The translations under genes and the position numbers were made by a program. The notes beneath the pieces are model-generated. The model saw only the letters and a list, made by a program, of their open reading frames with translations, was not told the DNA's origin and did not search any database. A stretch of 64,000 nucleotides of DNA, from the NCBI RefSeq assembly GCF_963921235.1, contig NC_086108.1, positions 93,250,001-93,314,000 on the forward strand, written 5' to 3'. Shown here one piece after another: positions 53,752-64,000 of this stretch (its first letter is position 1; the number at the start of each line of letters is the position of its first letter). This stretch comes from Mobula hypostoma. Lineage: Eukaryota.

Positions 53752-53779
53752 CAAAAAATATTGAGAACACGTTGTAGAG

Positions 53780-55015
53780 TTCATAGGTTGTGGAATCCGT
53801 GCTGTGCTGGGGTGAGAGAAGTTATCTATTCTGGTTCGGGAGCCTGATGGCAGAGAGGTAATAATGGTTCCTGAACCTAGTGGTGTGGAACCTAAGCCCC
53901 CTGTACCTCCTAACTGATGGTATCTCTGAGGAGAGAGCATGGCCTTGATAATGGATATTGCTTTCCTGCAAGTGTCCCTTGTAGATGTGCCCAGTAGCAG
54001 GGAGGGCTTTATCTGTGATAGTCTCCGTGGTATCCATTACTTTATGTAGGAGTTTCTCTTCAAGGATATTGGTGTTTCCACACCAGGCTATGATGCAACA
54101 AGTCAGTATACTCTGTACTGTTAATCTATCGACGTTTGTCAAAATTTTAGATGCCATGCTGAATCTTTGCAAAGTTCTAAGAAAGTAGAGGCACTACCAT
54201 GCTTCCTTTGTAATGATACCTACATACTGGTCCTAGGACAGGTCTCTGAAATGGTATCACGAAAAAGTCAATGTTACTGACCCTCTCCACCTCTGATCCC
54301 CTGATGAGGACAGGCTCATGGACCTACAGTTTCTTCCGCCTGAAGTCAAATATCAGCTTTTCGCTTTTGTTGACGTTGAGTGAGAGTTTCTTATTGCGGC
54401 GCCATCCAGCCAGATCTTCCTCCTGTGTGCTGATTCGTCACCAACTTTGATTTGGTCAACCACAGTGGTGACATCAGCAAATTTGAACTTGGCACTGGAG
54501 CTGAACTTAACCTCACAGTCACAAGTGTAAAGTGAGCAGAGCAGGGGGCTAAGCACACAGCCTCGTGTGATGCACCTGTGCTGATGGTGATTGTGGAGGA
54601 GATGTTGTTGCCAATTCGAACTGACTGAGGTCTGCAAGTGAGGAGATCGAGGATGCGGTTGCACATGGAGGTATTAAGGCCTAGGCCTTGGAGCTTATTG
54701 ATTCATTTTGAGGGGATGATAGCGTTGAATGCTGAGCTGTATCCACCCCGTCCAAATGTCCCAGGGTTGAGTGAAGAGCCAGCGAAATGGCATCTGCTGT
54801 GACCTGTTGCGATGTTAGGCAAATTGGAGCAAATCTAAGTTGTTTCATCACCAATCTATCAAAGCACTTCATCACAGTGAGTGTAAATGTTACTGGACGA
54901 TAGTCATTGGGGCAGGTTACCACATTCTTCTTGGGCGCCTGTTTGATTGAAGCCTGCTTAAAACAGGCGGATACCTCAGACTGCTGAAGTGAGAGGTTAA
55001 GAATATCTGTAAAAT
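53780..55015 (-). mobile_element. Degenerate Rex1/Babar-like LINE
   Basis: [47 protein letters not shown] motifs. Confidence 0.85.
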
Positions 55016-58000
55016 CTTGCTGAGGCAGCAAAATTGAAGATTTCGCTGCTTCTGTAGAGCAGCCGATATAGTCAAAGAGACAACAAAGCCTGGGTATTTT
55101 CTCTTCTCCTCTCTCCCATCAGGTAGAAGGTACAAAAAACTGAAAATGCGTACCCCCAGGTTCAAGGACTGCTTCTATACCAAAGCCTTCAAACGCTGCT
55201 CATATGTCAGCCCTTTCATACCTGTGATCATTTTTTGCTTCCCTGGTGGATAGTTGGGTAAATAATCTTCAAAGTTCTCAAGAACTTATCGTGGAAGCCA
55301 CTGCTTGTCCCATTTCGTCCTGAAGGAAGGCCAAACACCAGAATGACCAGGTTGCAATTGTTCCACATTGCATTGGAGGAGACAAAATAAATAATGCCAG
55401 GAAAAGCTAGGACTCTCAGATAACTACCTGCTGTTCTTTAAACATTTTGTGCATTCTATGCAGATATTACAGTTACCTACATTACACGTGTAGAAGAATG
55501 TGGCGGGATCTCATTGAAACCTACCGAATGTTGAAAGGACTAGATAGGGTGGATGTGGAGAGGATGTTTCCTATGGCTGGGGTATCCAGAACTGGAGGGC
55601 ACAGCCTCAAAATTGAGGGATGACACCTTAGAACAGAGGTTAGGAGGATTTTTTTTATCCAGAGAGTAGAGAATCTGTGGAACGCTCTGCCACAGACTGA
55701 AGTGGGGGCCAGGTCCGTGCGTATATTTAAGGCAGAAGTTGATTGTTTCCTGATTGGTCAGGGCATCATAGGATATGGCGAGAAGGCAAGTGTATGGGTT
55801 GAGTAAGATCCGGGATCGGCAATGATGGAATAGCGGAGTGGACTCGATGGGCTGGATGGCCTAATTCTGCTCCTATGTCTTATCATCTTATGGTCTTACT
55901 TGTACTTTGAATGTTTTAAATTTTCAAAATAGTTTGCTGGAAGAATCGGAGAACACCCCCAATCATTATGATCTTGCACTTTACTATTTACCTGCCCTGC
56001 ACTTTCTCTGTAGCTTTTACACTTTTTTCTGCACTGTTGTTGTTTTACCTTGTCCTCCCTCAATGCATTGTGTAATGATTTAATCTGTATGAACAGTACG
56101 CAACACAAACGTTTCACTGTATCTTGGAAATGTGACAACAATAGACCATTGTTTTATCATCCCAATGCTGCTATGTGCTGCCATCTTGTGGAACTTTATA
56201 GCGAACCAGCCAAGCTAATTCAGCAGACTTTCACAACAAGGCTATGCAAAGGCAATATTTTATTTGGTGAGTGTACAGGGAGTAGTTTAAATTACATTGT
56301 GCATTGGTTTGCTTAATTATGTACTTCCTGCCCACAATAAACACTCTTGTTTTGATTGCGTAGAGAAGGCTATGAGGATTGCAAACTGCCTTTTCCAAAA
56401 GCTCCCTTCTGGGAAGCTCTTTAAAACAAGGTCATTAAAACAAAAACTTCGCCCTGTCTTTAAAGTTCCCTCCCCCAGGCAATTGAACTATTCCATCTAT
56501 TACCCCCATCACAGCACTGCACTGTAAACACTTCAACCATTTTCAACCTGTTGTTTGCAATACCACTCATTAACCTATTAACCAAGCAGCTTATTTAATA
56601 AAACTCCATTGTAAAATATATCTGGGTGGAACTAAGAAACACAGCGGAGCAAGAATTGTCAGTGGAGGTGAAAGTGGGAGAATTGATGATGCAGGGGATG
56701 GAATTGAAGTGGAGATCAGAAATGCCCGCAATTAGGGTGAAATACGTTGGTCGGACCCAATTAGCAATATTATAATGGAGGACAGATGCTTAAAATGTAC
56801 ATGTGATACCTTTTAGGAACCAAGCAGAGAACAGGCTGTCTTAGACTGGGCATTGTAAAATGAAAAAGAAATACCTAACAATCTCTTGTTGTGGGCGTCA
56901 TCATCCAACGAAGCTTAGACTCTGGAACAGGAAGAGACAACGGCAACAAATGTAATTTAAAGAAGGAGGGAGAGAAACACAACTGTTTACATACCAGTAA
57001 GCCAAACATTAGGAGGAGGGCAAAATGTTAAATTTATTTTAAAAACTAACATGGTCTAATAGAACACTTGGAAAATATAAACAGGATTGAATAAAGGCAA
57101 CATGAGTTCACGTAATGGAAAATGTAATAAGGTAAAATATTTAAGGGAAACCTGCAGGGAGCTTCTTCACTCAGAGGGTGGTGAGAGTGTGGAATGAGCT
57201 GTCAGCACAATGTAATTTAAAGAAGGAGGGAGAACAACACAGCTGTTTACGTACCAGTAAGCCAAACATTAGGAGGAGGGCAAAATGTGGGTGTGGGTTT
57301 GATTGAAACGTTTAAGAGATGCTTGGGTAAGTACATGAATGGGAGTGCTATGGTCCAGGTGTAGATCAATAGGACTAAGCAAAATAACAGTTCAGCAAGC
57401 AACATGGGCCAAAGAGCCTTTTTTTATGTCCTGTAGTACTCTATGACTATGACTCGATTAGTGTCTAAAATTAGAAGACATGGGACAGAGGGGAAAGTAT
57501 TGAGAATTGGTACAGAGAGTGGGAATACTTGGGCCATTTGCTGGCAGTGACTAGTAGCTGCTGCAGGGACCATTAGCTCTGCCAGGATCCAGCTTCTCAC
57601 AGTACATATTACAGTAATAATCTGGATCGAGGCACCATGTGTAGCATCTCCTAGTTCGCAGCGGCACGAGGCTGCAGCAAATACGAAGTGTGAGGGAATG
57701 AAAAGAAGTTACAATATGATTTACTGAAGCTGGAGTGAGTGGGAAAAATTAACAGAAAATGGGGTAGAACGTGGACAAATGTGAGCTTTTCCAGTCTGGT
57801 TCTAACAACAGAAATATAGATTACCTGTGTGGTGATAGATTGGAATAAGAGAAGATGCAATGAGATCTGGGTGTTTGTGTATACAGGTAAAATTCTCAGA
57901 AAACAACTTCCCCGAGGATCATCATCTTGTTGTAATGGAGAGGCTTGTGAGTTCTTCTGATAAGACCATCAAACCATATGATACAGGAGCAGAATTAGGC

Positions 58001-58352
58001 CATTTGGCCCTTCAAGTCTGCTCTACCATTTCATCATGGCTGATCCATTTTCATTTTCAGCCCCAATCTCCTGCCTTCTCCCCGTATCCCTTCATGTCCT
58101 GACTAATCAAGTATCTATCAACCTCTGCCTTAAGTATACCAAATGACTTGGCCTCCACAGCTGTCTAGGGCAATGAATTCCATGGATTCACCACTCTCTG
58201 GATGAAGAAATTCCTCCTCTTCTCCATTCAAAAAGGACATCCCTCTATTCTTAGGCTGTGTCTTCTGGTCTTAGACTCCCCCACCACAGGAAACATCCTC
58301 TCCACATCCACTCTATTAGGCCTTTCAACATTCAATTGGTTTCACTGAGGTA

Positions 58353-60566
58353 ACATAGAACATAGAACATAGAATAGTACAACACAGTACAGGCCCTTCG
58401 GCCCACAATGTTGTGCCGACCCTCAAACCCCGCCTCCCATATAACTCCCCACCTTAAATTCCTCCATATACCTGTCTAGTAGTCTCTTAAACTTCACTAG
58501 TGTATCTGCCTCCACCACTGACCCAGGCAGTGCATTCCACGCACCAACCACTCTCTGAGTGAAAAACCTTCCTCTAATATCCCCCTTGAACTTCCCACCC
58601 CTTACTTTAACGCCATATCCTCTTGTATTGAGCAGTGGTGCCCTGGGGAAGAGGTGCTGGCTATCCACTCTATCTATTCCTCTTATTACCTTGTATACCT
58701 CTATCATGTCTCCTCTCATCCTCCTTCTCTCCAAAGAGTAAAGCCCTAGCTCCCTTAATCTCTGATCATAATCCATACTCTAAACCAGGCAGCATCCTGG
58801 TAAATCTCCTCTGTACCCTTTCCAATGCTTCCACATCCTTCCTATAGTGAGGCGACCAGACCAAGTGTGGCCTAACCAGAGTTTAATAGAGCTGCATCAT
58901 TACATTGTGACTCTTAAACTCTATCCCTCGACTTTTGAAAGCTAACACTCCATAAGCTTTCTTAACTACCCTATCCACCTGTGAGGCAACTTTCTGGGAT
59001 CTGTGGACATGTACCACCAGATCCCTCTGCTCCTCCACACTACCAAGTATCCTGCCATTTACTTTGTACTCTGCCTTGGAGTTTGTCCTTCCAAAGTGTA
59101 CCACCTCACACTTCTCTGGGTTGAACTCCATCTGCCACTTCTCAGCCCACTTCTGCATCCTATCAATGTCTCTCTGCAATCTTCGACAATCCTCTACACT
59201 ATCTACAACACCACCAACCTTTGTGTCACCTGCAAACTTGTCAACCCACCCTTCTACCCCCACATCCAGGTCGTTAATAAAAATCATGAAAAGTAGAGGT
59301 CCCAAAACAAATCCTTGTGGGACACCACTAGTCACAACCCTCCAATGCGAATGTACTCCCTCCACCATGACCCTCTGCCTTCTGCAGGCAAGCCAATTTT
59401 GAATCCACCTGGCCAAACTTCCCTGGATCCCATGCTTTCTGACTTTCTGAATAAGCCTACCGTGTTGAACCTTGTCAAATGCCTGACTAAAATCCATATA
59501 GATCACATCCACGGCACTACCCTCATCTATATGCCTGGTCACCTCCTCAAAGAACTCTATCAGGCTTGTTAGACATGATCTGCCCTTCACAAAGCCATGC
59601 TGACTGTCCCTGATCAGACCATGATTCTCTAAATGCCTATAGATCTTATCTCTAAGAATCTTTTCCAACAGCTTTCCCACCACAGACGTAAGGCTCACTG
59701 GTCTATAATACCTGGACTATCTCTACTACCTTTTTTGAACAAGGGGACAACATTCGCCTCCCTCCAATCCTCCGGTACCATCCCCGTGGACAACGAGGAC
59801 ATAAAGATCCTAGCCAGAGGCTCAGCAATCTCTTCTCTCGCCTCGTGGAGCAGCCTGGGGAATGTTTCGTCAGGCCCCGGGGACTTATCTGTCCTAATGT
59901 ATTTTAACAACTCCAACACTTCCTCTCCCTTAATATCAGCATGCTCCAGAACATCAACCTCACTCATATTGTCCTCACCGTCATCAAGTTCCCTCTCATT
60001 GGTGAATATCGAAGAGAAGTATTCATTAAGGACCTCGCTCACTTCCACAGCCTCCAGGCACATTTTCCCACCTTTATCTCTAATCGGTCCTACCTTCACT
60101 CCTGTCATCATTTTGTTCTTCACATAATTGAAAAGTGCCTTGAGGTTTTCCTTTACCCTACTCGCCAAGGCCTTCTCATGCCCCCTTCTTGCTCTTCTCA
60201 GCCCCTTCTTAAGCTCCTTTCTTGCTACCAATATTCCTATCTGATCCTTGCTTCCTAAATCTCATGTATGTTGCCTTCTTCCACCTGACTAGATTTTCCA
60301 CCTCACTAGATTTTCCACCTCACTTGTCATCCATAGTTCCTTCAACCTACCATTCTTTATCTTCCTCACTGGGACAAATTTATCCCTAGTATCCTGCAAG
60401 AGATCCCTAAACATCGACCACATGTCCATAGTACATTTCCCTGCAAAAACATCATCCCAATTCACACCCGCAAGTTCTAGCCGTATAGCCTCATAACTTG
60501 CCCTACCCCAATTAAAAATTTTCCCGTCCTCTCTGATTCTATCCTTTTCCATGATAATGTTAAAGG
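58353..60566 (-). mobile_element. CR1 LINE of a second family nested in an older CR1 fragment
   Basis: KSPGPD, YMDFSQAFDKV, GVPQG, FAGD; (CATAGAA)n tail at 58354-58373; host CR1 spans ~57962-58352 and resumes ~60567. Confidence 0.92.
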
Positions 60567-62344
60567 CCTCATTCTTCTGAATTCCAGTAGGTAGAGGCCC
60601 TCCTCATATGACAAGCCTTTCAATTATGGTATCATTTTCATGAACCTCTTTGAACCATCTCCAATGCCAGCACATTGGATAGGATCCCAAAACTGCTCGC
60701 AATATTTCAAATGAGGCCTCAGCAGTGCTTTATGAAGCCTCAACATCACATCCTTGCTTTTATCTTCTAGACCCTGAAAGCAATGCCCTCTGGAAATTAA
60801 CCACCTGGGACTTAACATCTTTCAGGGTCACCCATGCAACAAGGTCAATGGGGAGACAAGGGCTCCAGAGAAAGAGTGATCCAACCAAGACCTCAGCAGT
60901 GGAGCTGGTGGAAGATTATGACACATCACAACACCAGTGAATGTGGAGGAAGGCTGCAGCAGTGAAGACTTCCCAGTCATCTTGCACTCCATGGCACTGG
61001 ACCCTGACACCAAACTGTCAAAGGCCGTAGTGGCTGCCCATGCAGCATATGTCCCACATTAAACAAAGTCTCAGAGGCGGCCTCCATGAAGGGAATCCAC
61101 ATAAAGCAATCAGGTACAACAGAAGTTGGGAAGGTAAATAAAACATTGGCCTTCACTGCAAGAAGATTTGAATACAGGAGCAGGCATGTCCTGCTGTATC
61201 TGCATGACCTTATCCTGCAGTTCTAGTCTCTCTGTCTGAAGAATAACATTCTTACTATGGAACCAGTGCAACAAAAGTTGATTGTACTGATTCCTGAAGT
61301 GATATAATATGTGTCTGAGGAGAGCTTAGGTCAATCTGCAGAACAGACAGGACAGAACAAATGCCTAATTCTGCTCCTGTGTCTTACGGTCTTTGAAGTG
61401 AATTCACTAGAATTTAGAAAAACAAGAGTAGATTTCGTAAAGATCTGTAAAATTCTGATGATGAGACTGATTTGACAGAGAGGAAGCTCCCGGTAACTGA
61501 TACAATGGCACACTTATGCACATTGGTTGTTTGTCAGTCTTTATTTGTGTGTAGTTTTTTTCTCATTGATTCTATTGTATTTCTTTGTTCTACTATGGAT
61601 AACTGCAAGAAAGTGAATCCTTGGGTAGTATATGGTGACATATATGTACTTTGATAATAAATTTCCTTTGAAATTTCAACTTTGAAAGTTCAACTTTGGA
61701 GATTCCAGAACTAGGGACCACGGTGTATGGGGTGGACCACTGAAAGAAGAGGTAAGTAGAAGTTTCTTCACCAGCACTGTGGTGAACTTGTGAAATTCTC
61801 TACCACAGAAGGTAGTGAGGCTATGTTCAGGAAGGAGGTAGATATACTTTTTTAAAGGGGTGTGGAGAGAAAGTACATCGTGGATGATCAGCCATGGCTG
61901 TATTGATTGGTGAAGCAGTTCCAGAGGACTCTATGACATCCTTCTGATCCTGTATCCTACAGTTTCACGTTTCTACGTTAACATTTCCTTCTGATATTTG
62001 AGTCACTGATTTAGCCGAGAGAAGTCTGTAAGGCACAGCACCAACTAATGCAATTTCTCAACGTTAATTTATGCTGCAGTTAGACGAGTAGTTGATGAGG
62101 CTGAACTTGAAATATCGAGAGCAATATTTGTCACCCTGTCACAGGAAAGACATTGTTAAGGAGAGAGGGTGCAGAAGAGATTTAGAAGGATGCTGCCTGG
62201 ACTGGAGGGCTGGTAAGTTGTGAGTATATTATGTTGATGCTGGAAGCATGGTGATATTTGCAGGCTGCCCCCAACCATCAATTTGACACAAACAGCATAT
62301 TTCACTGAATGTTTTGATGTTTTGCTGTGCAGACAATGAACAAG

Positions 62345-62905
62345 AATCCTCATCACAGCCTGTTCTGGAAACGCCAATGCTCTTGAATGGAAAATCCTAC
62401 AAAAAGTAGTGGATATGGCCCAGTCTATCATGGGTAAAGCCCTCCCCACCACTGTGCACATCGATGTGAAACACTATTGCAGGAAAGCAGATCCATCAGC
62501 AGGGACCCCTACCACCCTGGCCCTGCTCTCTTCTCGCTGCTGCCATCAGGAAGAACATACAGGAGTCTCAGGACTCACATCATCAGGTTCAGGTACAGTT
62601 ATTACCCCTCAACCATCAGGTTCCCGAACCAAAGGGGATAACTTCACTCAACTTCACTTGCCCCATCATTGAAATGTTACCACACCAATAGACTCACTTT
62701 CAAAGACTCTTCACCTCTTGTTCTCAATATCTACGCTTATTTATTTATTGTTAATATTTCCTTTTGTATTTGCACGCTGGCTGAATGTCCAAGTTGCTGC
62801 GAACTTTCATTGATTCTGTTATGGTTAGTATTTTATGGACTTATTCAGTGTGTGCACAAGAAAACAAATCTGAGGGTTGTATATGGTGGAATACATGTAC
62901 TTTGA
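62345..62905 (+). mobile_element. Rex1/Babar-like LINE 3' fragment
   Basis: Homologous to the other Rex1-like 3' ends in the window. Confidence 0.7.
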
Positions 62906-64000
62906 ACTTTGAAAGACAGCTTATAACATGACTTACCAACACACCCATTCAAAGTACTTTATTGAAATTTTTAAAAAGCAGGTTGCTGGTGACAGTTTTA
63001 GCACAACACTTCTTTCCATGAGAATCAGAGAGCTTGTGTGAGATACAATAGAATATTTGTAACTATTGGACTCCAGTAGTTCCCTGTTTGACAACATTAG
63101 GCAGTATTTCCAATGTGGGAAATGTTTACAAAACAGCAAACTCAGACCCCTTTGCATTCAAACAAGCTGCCCATTAAACAGTCAGTGAGGCCTCCCCATT
63201 CTCCAGCACTGTGGAGTTAGTGGCAGCCAACTTTACGTCATTGTTTCATGGTCCACCGTTCTCATTATCACAAACCTTTCTGGCAAGTGTGCATGTGCTA
63301 AGCCAGCCGGCTGAATGCCAAGCCTAAGTTCCAAACTGCTGGCTGATTAGACAGCTTTGGCAGAAAGCAAGCTACAAACCAAGGCTCCTGAAAGGAATGT
63401 AGATCTGTTAACAGCAGATAAGTAAATGTCGATAGGGGACGGACTGTCAATGTTACTCATACAGCAGGTCCAGGGATCAGCAGCTCATGAAAGTGATTGG
63501 CAGGAAAGTGATCAGGAAAATATGCAGGTTGCTAGGGCAGAGAATGGGAAATTGTGTAAATGGGGCTGCTGCTTTACAAGTGCTGACAGACCCTACATAA
63601 ACCATGCATGGCTCTGGCTGGTACAGCACTCACACCCTATTTCTAAAGCGTATGACCAACTATTGCCTGTCTCACAATTATTCCACTTGGACTATTTTGC
63701 TATTGAGACTGATAAGAGGGAGAGTGTTTATGGTCACATGGAGTGTTAACAGAATTATCACTGTAGAAAATATACTTTCTCTGACTTTACTGTTTGTAAT
63801 GGAGCAATACAGAGGGACCACCAAGTTAACCCTTAAAATGCCAGAAACAACTGAACACAAACACAGCATATGCTGCATATTCATAAAATACTTGCTAATG
63901 AGGTAACTGGTGAATCATTATAACAGAATGGAACGGCATTTGGAATATTGTAAGGAAGTGCATGACCATAGTGTAGGGAACTCAAAGTTCAAAGTATATT

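Noticed and set aside
62930..64000. Unique sequence at the window end as the 3' UTR of a convergent gene
   Set aside because: No coding exon or other support within the window.

Overview
Repeat-rich vertebrate genomic DNA, most likely a cartilaginous fish such as a ray (inferred from the CR1/Rex1/Penelope/V-SINE repeat set; not verified). The only host gene I can support is a complete six-exon tissue factor gene (F3) on the + strand, CDS 13036..30460, 279 aa, assembled by hand. All introns are GT-AG with phases 1,2,1,0,1, and a CpG-rich promoter carries AP-1, GC-box and kB-like motifs. The rest is nested TEs: CR1, Rex1/Babar and RTE LINEs, Penelope-like elements (PLEs), V- and CORE-like SINEs, Tc1, hAT and Harbinger derivatives, and a solo LTR. 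Most notable: (i) minimal hammerhead-ribozyme motifs in PLE termini; (ii) at least four independent 150-280 bp fold-back elements made of inverted PLE ends with 13-15 bp TSDs; (iii) a ~200 bp copy of the F3 3' UTR inside F3 intron 4; (iv) a CR1 tail that probably supplies the branch point of F3 exon 4. Repeat boundaries are approximate unless a TSD is given.
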